A program made the position numbers and the translations under genes. From contig OZ246001.1 in NCBI GenBank assembly GCA_965230295.1, positions 320,001 to 384,000 on the forward strand: a DNA stretch of 64,000 nucleotides. The letters run 5' to 3'. Source of the DNA: Marinicella sp. (lineage in GTDB: Bacteria; Pseudomonadota; Gammaproteobacteria; Xanthomonadales; Marinicellaceae). Every line of letters starts with the position of its first letter. Positions within the stretch are counted from its first letter, which is position 1. The notes beneath the pieces are model-generated. The model was not told the origin of the DNA. It was given only the letters and a program-made list of their open reading frames with translations, and searched no databases. Positions 1 to 8,383 of this stretch are shown here, one piece after another.

Positions 1-2
1 CT

Positions 3-551
3 TCAGGATGTTCCGGGGTTTTAGAAATAGCCAATGTGATCACACAATATGACACCGAGGCGTCCATCATTTTCATGTGTTTCATTGAAGAAGAATCAGG
101 CTTATTGGGCTCTGCGGACGTGGTGACGAAATTTACCAACGATGGCGATATCAACAAAGTGAAAACCATGCTTAATCTGGATATGATCAGTTACCGGGGA
201 CCCAACCGCAACACCGCCATTGCTGGAACCAATTCCAGCGCATACCAAACCTTGGCAAACACGATTGCTGCCAATGGTAACCTATACACGGATATTGATT
301 GGCAAGTAAATCTGAACATGTGCTGTACCGATTTTGTCAGTTTTGCCAATGCAGGCATACCGGCTGTGACTTCCAACCAACCCGATATTTCAAGCTATGC
401 GGGCTATCACACCTCTGTGGATTTGGCTTCTAACTTAGATCCTGTATTGGGCGCAGGCATAGTGAGGGCTAGTTTGGTCACTTTGATTGATTTGGTCGGC
501 GTCGATTTCACATCCGGCGACCTTATTTTTGAAGATGACTTTGAAAAGTAA
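3..551 (+). CDS. M28-family metallopeptidase, C-terminal part (gene begins before the window)
   Basis: Frame is open from base 3 (SGCSGVLEIANV...). M28 motifs FIEEESGLLGS, MLNLDMI, TDFVSF and YHTSVD. Ends GDLIFEDDFEK. Confidence 0.8.
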   Translation, partial: SGCSGVLEIANVITQYDTEASIIFMCFIEEESGLLGSADVVTKFTNDGDINKVKTMLNLDMISYRGPNRNTAIAGTNSSAYQTLANTIAANGNLYTDIDWQVNLNMCCTDFVSFANAGIPAVTSNQPDISSYAGYHTSVDLASNLDPVLGAGIVRASLVTLIDLVGVDFTSGDLIFEDDFEK

Positions 552-644
552 CAGCATGCTGCGGGAATTTTAACTGCATTCAATTTAAGGATTTAAGTTA
601 AAACTTAATAAGACAGCATATGTCACTTTGCTTGAACCCTTATG

Positions 645-932
645 TTAGTTGCCATTGTTATTTTCTGCTTTGGCGATGGCCTCTCCTCCAAGTAATCCCG
701 CCAGTAAGCCCAGTATCAATTCAAAAGCATGAATCAACATGGTGTGAATGGCACTTAATTGACTGAAAAAAGCTGTTCCAATGGCGAATACCAAAACCAT
801 CAACAACAACCCTGCAGCCACCAATAGGCGAATTTTATTGAATGCAAATTCAACTCCTTGAGGTTGGTTTTGAGTATCTGACGTTGAATGATCGGCCTGG
901 ACTTTATTGTGAGAGACTTGTTTAATGAACAT
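645..932 (-). CDS. Small hypothetical membrane protein (two hydrophobic segments)
   Basis: 95 aa; AGGAG upstream of ATG; hydrophobic stretches LLVAAGLLLMVLVFAIG and FELILGLLAGLLGG. Confidence 0.55.
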   Translation of the reverse strand: MFIKQVSHNKVQADHSTSDTQNQPQGVEFAFNKIRLLVAAGLLLMVLVFAIGTAFFSQLSAIHTMLIHAFELILGLLAGLLGGEAIAKAENNNGN

Positions 933-1268
933 GCATGACTCCTGACGCTGGTTGAGATTGAAAAGCAGAAATTCGCGATATGTACTGATTAAAAGTAGTG
1001 AGCAAGAATTTCAGGTTCCAATGTACAGTGACTGACGATCAAGCAATCTCTCATCCGCCATTAAGTTTCTTATACAAGAATTCACTGTTATGAGACACCC
1101 TGAAATCATTTTCTCAGTGGCCATTCATAACTCAAATAAACCGCCTCTTATTTCATATACTGATCGAAATTAGTTCAATGATTACATGATGATAGCTATA
1201 CCAAGTGAGAGAATTTGATTTCCTTGCACACCATAGATTAAGATAAATGTACATCTCAGAGGGCCGAT

Positions 1269-2300
1269 ATGGATACTTTAAACCAATCCCGATACAGCTT
1301 AAAGTCAGTCTGTGCGCTTGTTTTTGCGCTGATATTATCAGCCTGCCAAAGTCCAAGTCCCAGATCTGTCTTTACTGATACCATAGAAGACACACCCATT
1401 GAATTACATACCGTTTTATTGGCATCAAAATGTGAATTAGCCAAAGCATTTGTAGCCATAAAAAATCAGGGTATTGACGTTAAAATCTATGATGGCACCA
1501 TGGAATTCAGCGGCACCATTAAAACAACCAAAGACAAAGGTTTCAGTATTTCTGCTGTCATTCCCCTGGGCGCTGAACATGTGCTAGAACCCGATTTTGG
1601 CTACGGGAATACTGCAGTGACCACCCAAAACATCGTTCTTAAAAACAAACTATCCAGTACAGTTAAAGACACTTCAGTGTGTCAATCACCTACATTAGCA
1701 AATTTTGACACCGGCAACTTTATTTCAGAGGCCATCATCAGCACTGCTGATGGCATTGCATCCATCCCAACTGGACCAGATGGCAAGGCTTATCAGCCGT
1801 CATTGAATGAAACCGAACTTAACATCACCACCTCATTCAACGTTGTGAAACTTAAAAATGGCGGCGTGGCTCTTAAGTATGTCTGGCCAACATCTCGAGA
1901 GCACTTGGATGGACTCACACCAGGTGGAACATTGGATAACTCCATCGATACGACCTACACCTTGACCATTAAACTGCCATTGGTTGCAACAAACCCACCC
2001 GTAGACCCACGTAAAATAATGCGCTGTAAAAATGACATCAGTTCAGGTGAAACCATTTGTATAGAGTCTCCCTATATTGTTAGCGCCAATAAAAATGATG
2101 CCATGGAATATGATGACTTCCCAAGTAGAGGCGTCTTGTGGTTTCTGTCAGAAGAATTCATTCAATGGTTAGGAGAAAATGACCTACTTGGCCAAGGAAA
2201 TATGATGCAACAACAATCCCTGCCTTTCAAACTACCTAAGCAGCCTCCTAAAAACCTAAAAGGCAAAGAAGTAGATGACATCTACACACGAGATCGTTGA
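1269..2300 (+). CDS. Hypothetical lipoprotein, possibly with two Trypco-like domains
   Basis: 343-aa ORF with hydrophobic leader and lipobox ILSAC. Confidence 0.65.
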   Translation: MDTLNQSRYSLKSVCALVFALILSACQSPSPRSVFTDTIEDTPIELHTVLLASKCELAKAFVAIKNQGIDVKIYDGTMEFSGTIKTTKDKGFSISAVIPLGAEHVLEPDFGYGNTAVTTQNIVLKNKLSSTVKDTSVCQSPTLANFDTGNFISEAIISTADGIASIPTGPDGKAYQPSLNETELNITTSFNVVKLKNGGVALKYVWPTSREHLDGLTPGGTLDNSIDTTYTLTIKLPLVATNPPVDPRKIMRCKNDISSGETICIESPYIVSANKNDAMEYDDFPSRGVLWFLSEEFIQWLGENDLLGQGNMMQQQSLPFKLPKQPPKNLKGKEVDDIYTRDR

Positions 2301-2576
2301 TTGATAACAAATAAGATTGATTAATTCACCACAAAATAGACTTTAGTAACTTTAACCGCTTCTGCATCTCCTACCAGCATCATGTGATGTCTTCTTTCAT
2401 CAAGATTTTCTGCGTTGTTGAGGTAGAATTAACTACAGAAGCATAATCATTTGCTGAGATCAGAATCTGACCTTGTTGACTTAATAAACCGTCTCTTTTG
2501 CTGAATGTAATTAGGCAATGGTATTGATTTTGGGTAACGGGCAAATATCTAATGAATGCTAATTAATCTTGAACCC

Positions 2577-3323
2577 TTATTCAACTTCACCTTCAATACT
2601 TGACCAATGATCGTCAAATACGCCTGTAAGTAAATTAGAAACAATAAGAAGACAACATCCAATAATTCCAATTGCCATATTTTCGTTTATTGCGCTTTCA
2701 AAAATCGTATCAACATATTTAAGGTAAAATAACATTACAAAAAATGGAAGTACAACGGGGGCATCTATAAAACGGATTAGACCGACTAGGTATCTTTCTT
2801 GCTTAGTATTTTTGATACCTAACTTGTTTGCTTGACTTTTCACATGTCTCAAAGCAATGTAATTTACGAAAAAAAAGAAGATCAGAGGCATCATAGGAAT
2901 GTAAGGTGCAATACCGTGAATTAAAACGTAGAATGCCTTTCCATCCTCTTGAATTTCAAGCAAAGGAATAAGTTCGCCTTGACTATTAACAACCTTTGTT
3001 TCAAAGAAGATCACAGTTAGTTTTATCAGTATAAAAATGCCAATCACATTGAGCACACAACTCTTAATTCGTGCATTGAATTTTCTAGATGCATACTCAA
3101 AACCGCTAAATTGCATCAGTTTTTGTGCCACAAGAAACACATGAACAAGAGCTGCAATCTCCCAAGCTGCCAAAGGAGGTACTTGCCAACCAACGTAAGA
3201 AGAAAGAAATTTAAGATATGAAGCAATAACAAGAATTACAATAAAAACTATTAAGTGCGTCCAAGCTGAACAGCGAGAATATAGAAAATTCTGAACTCGT
3301 TTGAAATATGAAAAAAAACTCAT
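2577..3323 (-). CDS. Hypothetical polytopic membrane protein (about six TM segments)
   Basis: 248 aa with alternating hydrophobic segments; ATGA overlap with the upstream methyltransferase. Confidence 0.7.
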   Translation of the reverse strand: MSFFSYFKRVQNFLYSRCSAWTHLIVFIVILVIASYLKFLSSYVGWQVPPLAAWEIAALVHVFLVAQKLMQFSGFEYASRKFNARIKSCVLNVIGIFILIKLTVIFFETKVVNSQGELIPLLEIQEDGKAFYVLIHGIAPYIPMMPLIFFFFVNYIALRHVKSQANKLGIKNTKQERYLVGLIRFIDAPVVLPFFVMLFYLKYVDTIFESAINENMAIGIIGCCLLIVSNLLTGVFDDHWSSIEGEVE

Positions 3324-4081
3324 TCTAGTTTCTTCCCAATTATAAGATGATCTTGAAAATCAATTTCTAGGGTTGCATCAGCATATTTCACAAGACGATT
3401 TCCAAATGCTTCCGTCGTAGGAATTGTAGGTCGCCAAAACCTTCTAAGTGATTCAAGTTCAGCTTTGCTAAAACCATCTCCATCTGGAAATTGAAACCGA
3501 GAACGTAGCGTGAATGATGATTCATCGAGATTAAATAGGCGAAAGAGTGATTCAACTTTGTTAGCACAATTTGGCAATGGTGGCAAATCTAGAAAGAAAG
3601 GGCTCTGTTCTGGGAGAACTAAAGCAAACACTGCTCCTCCAGGACGCAAATGAAAATTAATCAAGTCCTTTAATGACTCTTCGAAGTTATCAATGTAGTA
3701 GGTAGAGTGTAAAAACAGAATTGCATCAGTAACATAATCTTCAGGAATTTCTTTGATATTAGAAAACGAATTGTATAGAGGTCCTAGTTTTGATCTTGGC
3801 AAGATATGAGCTTTCACACGTTCTCTAGCCGTTTGTGATGGCTCGACTATCGTTAGTGAAGGGAAGCATCTGGTTTTTGTAAATATCTGTTCGCATATTG
3901 TTTCAGTAGAAGTACCTGTCCCACAACCTATATCTAAAATTGATGTTTGGCAACTCTTGGATGAAGCGTACTTTACAATCGCCCCTGCAATTGCACTTGT
4001 TATTTTATACCAATCATCTGTACTGCAGAACTGTGAAAACAACCTGTAAGAATGATCATGCTTTTTCCAAAAGTCAGACAT
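3320..4081 (-). CDS. Class I SAM-dependent methyltransferase
   Basis: Motif I ILDIGCGTG, acidic IVEPS, DAILFLHSTYYI, LRPGG. Confidence 0.85.
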   Translation of the reverse strand: MSDFWKKHDHSYRLFSQFCSTDDWYKITSAIAGAIVKYASSKSCQTSILDIGCGTGTSTETICEQIFTKTRCFPSLTIVEPSQTARERVKAHILPRSKLGPLYNSFSNIKEIPEDYVTDAILFLHSTYYIDNFEESLKDLINFHLRPGGAVFALVLPEQSPFFLDLPPLPNCANKVESLFRLFNLDESSFTLRSRFQFPDGDGFSKAELESLRRFWRPTIPTTEAFGNRLVKYADATLEIDFQDHLIIGKKLE

Positions 4082-4730
4082 GTTTAAGTATGTTGAGTTG
4101 TTTATCTTCTAAAAGAAATACAGCATCAAAAGGGATAGTGAGTCTCCTTTGATATAACAATATAGTAATTTGATTTTTATTCCTGCGTATTTTAACAATC
4201 TCTGAAAGAAGACTAATTTGCAGTTTATTACTTGGACATGGAATCTCATCAATGATTAAAAGGAATGGATCTAGAATATATGCATAAAAACAAACCACTA
4301 CCCGCCAAAGATCTGGATTCGAAAGATCTCTCGGATTACATTCTAAATTTTTTGGAAGCGAGTGTTTTTCTGCGAAATCAATGTAAATATTTTCTAAAGA
4401 TAGTTTATCTGTGCCTATCGCATAAGAATATAATTCATTCCGAACGGATGAACCAAGAATAGATAAATGACCAACCTGTTGAATATAGGAAGTAATTTTG
4501 CACCGTTCTGCTGGTGGGGTGACTGCTGGCGATATTCCATTAATGAAATAGCTTCCACTATCAGGTTTAATTAACCCAGCAAGAAGACGACCAAATGTCG
4601 TTTTTCCTGAACCATTGTCTCCAATAATTAAAATGCTCTGCCCAGCATCAAAATTGCAGTTGATACCTGATAAGATTGGAGAGGTGGGCCCATATGAAAA
4701 TTCCAAATTTTTAATTTGCAATGTAGTCAT
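4074..4730 (-). CDS. ECF/ABC-type ATPase with degenerate signature motif
   Basis: LEFSY start, Walker A GDNGSGKTT, Q-loop YIQQ, Walker B LLIIDE; signature reads LSNPD. Confidence 0.85.
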   Translation of the reverse strand: MTTLQIKNLEFSYGPTSPILSGINCNFDAGQSILIIGDNGSGKTTFGRLLAGLIKPDSGSYFINGISPAVTPPAERCKITSYIQQVGHLSILGSSVRNELYSYAIGTDKLSLENIYIDFAEKHSLPKNLECNPRDLSNPDLWRVVVCFYAYILDPFLLIIDEIPCPSNKLQISLLSEIVKIRRNKNQITILLYQRRLTIPFDAVFLLEDKQLNILKHV

Positions 4731-4735
4731 AATAA

Positions 4736-5257
4736 TTATTGTACCTCGATTAATCTTGATCCAGAACTTTCTAGGTTTCTTGCGTTTATCAGGTGGGGTA
4801 TCAATATCTTATTATCGTAATCAACAAATGCTGTATTTAGAATACCTAAATTCTCAAAACCATCCAAAAGTTTTCTGATTGTTGAATCTGAAAGGTGGCC
4901 AATAAAATCGACGAAAAGTAGATTATTACACATGCGATTCGCGAACAGAGATAACGCCAAAACTTTTCGCCAACCACCAGAAAGGTGATACACTTTTTTT
5001 TCAAGCACCCCCTCCCAAGACCAAAATTCTATAAACTGATTACAGTTCATGCGAGCATCCAGACACTTATTTTGATGGCTAACCACAAGGTCAATTTCTT
5101 CGCTAACAAACTGTGTGAGGCATGAATATTCAGCAAAAAGAACCGGAGCAAAATAAATCACTGGCTTATCTATGAATCTCGCAAATTGGTTACATATAGT
5201 TTGCGGACGTTGTTCCATTAAACTCCAATCTGAACAAGATATTTGGTAAAAATTCAT
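4736..5257 (-). CDS. Truncated ABC-ATPase-like subunit lacking Walker A
   Basis: Signature HLSGGWRKVLAL and Walker-B-like LLFVDFIGHLS; no GxxGxGK; ATGA-coupled to the ecfT-like gene. Confidence 0.65.
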   Translation of the reverse strand: MNFYQISCSDWSLMEQRPQTICNQFARFIDKPVIYFAPVLFAEYSCLTQFVSEEIDLVVSHQNKCLDARMNCNQFIEFWSWEGVLEKKVYHLSGGWRKVLALSLFANRMCNNLLFVDFIGHLSDSTIRKLLDGFENLGILNTAFVDYDNKILIPHLINARNLESSGSRLIEVQ

Positions 5258-5964
5258 AGGCCGTAATTTCGTTGTATGCCGACTAGAAATAACATTACAA
5301 GTGTAATGAAAAGCAACTTTTGCGCTAAAGTCAGTACTGGCTTTCTCGGATTAGTTGGATAAAAGTAGTGAGGACTTCCCACGATTTCTCGATAGCGAAA
5401 TGCATAGGCTGCTTCGCAAATTGCTGATGTTAACAAAGGAACAATCCAAACATTTAGGTGACGAATATGCTGCAATTTCGTTTCCAGCGGTATTCCTCGT
5501 AGAATACTTGTTTCTCGAATAGTTTCAAGCCTTCGTATTAGTCGCTCTCTTGTAGCGAAGACCGAAATAAGTGGTCTAAATGCTCTTAAACCAGTCCAAT
5601 GTGATAACTCGTGAGGTAATCTTTCTCCTTCCAACTCTGAAACCATGAAAAGTCCAGGAAGAATAACAAGAAAATATGCGTACAATGGAAAAGGTAAACT
5701 TTGTATCAGCTTTTCTGCTTCCAATAAGTCTAAATTGCCGTTAATTATCAATGTCATCATAAAAACATATACAAATGTAAACATTACCAGCAGTAATGCT
5801 GATGACCACTTTTTCCGTATTATGAGAAAAATTGGTAAAATTGTGACACAGATCGCTAGATATAATAATTTCTCACCAAGAAAGTACTCAGCACTATTTT
5901 TAAATAGAAATGATACCAAATAAAGCCCTACCAACACGAATACTGTAAAGTTTGGTGACTTCAT
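5254..5964 (-). CDS. ECF transporter transmembrane T component (divergent)
   Basis: N-terminal TM helices, then IRETSILRG and WIVPLLTSAI resembling EcfT coupling helices; lies between the S component and the ATPases. Confidence 0.65.
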   Translation of the reverse strand: MKSPNFTVFVLVGLYLVSFLFKNSAEYFLGEKLLYLAICVTILPIFLIIRKKWSSALLLVMFTFVYVFMMTLIINGNLDLLEAEKLIQSLPFPLYAYFLVILPGLFMVSELEGERLPHELSHWTGLRAFRPLISVFATRERLIRRLETIRETSILRGIPLETKLQHIRHLNVWIVPLLTSAICEAAYAFRYREIVGSPHYFYPTNPRKPVLTLAQKLLFITLVMLFLVGIQRNYGL

Positions 5965-5966
5965 CT

Positions 5967-6548
5967 TTATTCATTTAATGGTTTTGTTTGTGATCGAAGT
6001 CCAAAATCTTTAAAAAACCTTCTAGGAAGGGAACGAAGAATGAGACAAGCAGATATTGACACTAATATCTTGTCAACAATTTCAGAAGAGATTCCAGATA
6101 AAATCACTGAGTTTAAAATATTTTGACCAGTTTGTCGTATTAGGGCTGTTAACAAATCTACACCACTGGCAGTCACACCACCAAACAAATAAGCAGTCAC
6201 TGGTGCTGAAACAATTGCTGCAACCAGAGCCAGAATAATGCCAGCAATAACGCTTGATCGGATATTTCGGAACATTTGTTTTTTTGTAAGCAACTCACAA
6301 GTGATTACAAGGGCTATAAGGGTCGCAGAGTATGCTGGCAAGTATGGGTTGATTATTAAGAAGCCAACTCCTACAGTAATTGAACCGGTTAATAGACCAT
6401 ACCGCCATCCGAGAAGTACAGTTGAGAGAATCAGGCCAATCGAGTCTAAATAGATTGGTAATTTCAACCATGAAACTATCCCACCTATTGTTAAATTGAT
6501 AGCGGCCAATGCCAGAGCAATTGATGTTTTTTGAATATTCATCTTCAA
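5967..6548 (-). CDS. ECF transporter S component, QrtT-like (ATG at 6542 may be the true start)
   Basis: KLPIYLDSIG..LLG, LFGGVTASGVD and IVDKIL match my recollection of the QrtT/STY3230-type S-component family. Confidence 0.85.
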   Translation of the reverse strand: MKMNIQKTSIALALAAINLTIGGIVSWLKLPIYLDSIGLILSTVLLGWRYGLLTGSITVGVGFLIINPYLPAYSATLIALVITCELLTKKQMFRNIRSSVIAGIILALVAAIVSAPVTAYLFGGVTASGVDLLTALIRQTGQNILNSVILSGISSEIVDKILVSISACLILRSLPRRFFKDFGLRSQTKPLNE

Positions 6549-6965
6549 AATTATTTACATGTAATAAATGCTGAACCCATTTTGTATATAAAAAATATAT
6601 CTAGATATTTTGATAATCACTTCAATATATCCTTACTTCCGAACTGAAGGAAAAAATTTTATTAATAATACACAAGACTTGCGTATAAATAAACAATATT
6701 TTACTTTCGATATGTGCAAATAATATTTTAATTACAATTACACTGTAAAATACAGACATGTAAAATTAGCTACTATCGAGGAATGTATCGAGAACCTGAA
6801 ATCAAATATTGCTAGAATTGAGTCTGAAAGAGCATGAACTTAATCCGGACTAGAAATTATATGAACCCGGGTTCAATAATCATAGTGGCCAATTTTCAAG
6901 TGTATTTTACGCCTCATATTACACTCTTGATTTAACCCATTAATGACTTAAACAATAAATAATTT

Positions 6966-6978
6966 TAAGTGATTGATT
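6966..6978 (-). promoter_or_regulatory. IHF-consensus site next to the tRNA 3' end
   Basis: AATCAATCACTTA matches WATCAANNNNTTR, 15 bp past the tRNA CCA. Confidence 0.5.
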
Positions 6979-6993
6979 TTAAAAATAAAAAGA

Positions 6994-7070
6994 TGGTGCG
7001 CTCGGAGGGAATTGAACCCCCGACCTGCCGCTTAGGAGGCGGCCGCTCTATCCGGCTGAGCTACGAACGC
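6994..7070 (-). tRNA. tRNA-Arg(CCT)
   Basis: Cloverleaf GCGTTCG...GCCGC-CTCCTAA-GCGGC...GGTTCAATTCC...CGAGCGC-ACCA. Confidence 0.96.
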
Positions 7071-7088
7071 ATTGGATTTTTGGGTATT

Positions 7089-8024
7089 CTATTCTGTGTG
7101 GGTTTTTTCTGCAAACACTATGGCGATTTGATCGGCTTGGGGGTTGGTGGTCACACGAGTTATTTGGTGTAGATTGGGGTCGTTGAATTCTTGCACAATG
7201 TACCACCGCTGTTGGTCGGTGCTGACGAATAGTGTGTTGTCTCTGCCGGCCCAGAAACGGCCTTTGCTGTCCAGGGTGAAATCTTCCACACCCATGGGTA
7301 AGGCCATCACATCTTCTGCGGCTTTGCTGTCGACTGTGTATCTCTTAATGCGCCAGGGTGTGGTGTTTTTATCAACAAAGTATAAATATTTGTGGGCTTG
7401 ATCGGTAATGAATGCGCGGCCAATGTTGCTGACTTTTTGTGTACTTTTCAAATCTTTGCCTTGGTGGTACAAGTCACCACCATTGTCGTCATTCAAAACA
7501 AACGACCAGAGACTGCCATCGGCTGTCCAGTTAAAATAACCAATTTGCTTCAAATCGCTGTACCTTTTCGCCTGCTCACCTGGTTTCGTTTGGTTATCCA
7601 ACAGCACCACATATTGATCACCTTTATCATCCACTTGCACCACACTCAAGCCCTTGCCGTTTATCAATGGTGTGGGTGAATATTCACTTTCTTTGGTGAT
7701 CAAATAGGGGTTTGTTTCACCGCTGTGCGCATCATATTGGTATATGTCCATTTGGAAGCCATTGTCACTGGTGACCGCATGGGTGTAGTACAGGTATTTT
7801 CCATCCAATGAGAATTTCGGCTGAGAGTCATAACCAGGTTGGTTGGTGATGTTTTTTCCTGCGCCCAGTTCAACCACACCATCAGACCGGTTTTTGATAT
7901 CAAACAACAAAATTTCATTGCCCGGGATCGCTGGCACTGTCGGAGTAGCGGGTGTTTCAGTGACTTCTTCAGAAAGAGATACAGGTGCGATCAGCAGAAA
8001 GAGGATTGAATAGATAAATTTCAT
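7089..8024 (-). CDS. Exported TolB-like/PD40 beta-propeller protein
   Basis: Signal peptide; NITNQPGYDSQPKFSLDG and ESEYSPTP repeats. Confidence 0.7.
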   Translation of the reverse strand: MKFIYSILFLLIAPVSLSEEVTETPATPTVPAIPGNEILLFDIKNRSDGVVELGAGKNITNQPGYDSQPKFSLDGKYLYYTHAVTSDNGFQMDIYQYDAHSGETNPYLITKESEYSPTPLINGKGLSVVQVDDKGDQYVVLLDNQTKPGEQAKRYSDLKQIGYFNWTADGSLWSFVLNDDNGGDLYHQGKDLKSTQKVSNIGRAFITDQAHKYLYFVDKNTTPWRIKRYTVDSKAAEDVMALPMGVEDFTLDSKGRFWAGRDNTLFVSTDQQRWYIVQEFNDPNLHQITRVTTNPQADQIAIVFAEKTHTE

Positions 8025-8383
8025 GTTTTAACTCCAAGCCAAAAGGCCAAAAAACAACAAAAAGTGGTTGCTGCAGTGTAAGCAATGGCTTTACTCAATT
8101 GGTCGTTTTGGATCATCAACACCGTTTCCAATGAAAATGTTGACCAGGTTGTTAATGCACCCAACAAACCCACAGTGATGAACAACCGCATGGCTTCGCT
8201 GATACTTGCATGGGACTGTAAATATTGATAAGCGAATCCCATCAGGTAACAGCCGACCACATTAACTGACAGCGTGGCCCAAAATAACGGCGCATTGAAC
8301 AGGTTAATGACCAACAGGTTGACACCATAACGGATGCTGGCACCCAGTGCCCCACCCAAAGCCACTGCCAGTAAGGACAGCAT
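8021..8383 (-). CDS. crcB: Fluoride channel Fluc/CrcB
   Basis: GGALGASIRY, TLSVNVVG, GLLGALTTWSTFSLE; follows rarA. Confidence 0.93.
   Translation of the reverse strand: MLSLLAVALGGALGASIRYGVNLLVINLFNAPLFWATLSVNVVGCYLMGFAYQYLQSHASISEAMRLFITVGLLGALTTWSTFSLETVLMIQNDQLSKAIAYTAATTFCCFLAFWLGVKT

Noticed and set aside
4736-5257. Frameshift as the cause of the missing Walker A
   Set aside because: No GxxGxGK seen in the alternative frames near the 5' end, and the ATGA coupling to ecfT suggests a natural start. Homologue alignment is still needed.
6549-6960. preQ1 riboswitch upstream of the QrtT-like gene
   Set aside because: GGGTTCAG occurs, but I could not find the complementary stem and A-rich tail of preQ1-I. 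An Rfam scan would be decisive.
6969-7172. 67-aa ORF on the plus strand
   Set aside because: Antisense to tRNA-Arg and to the end of the beta-propeller gene.
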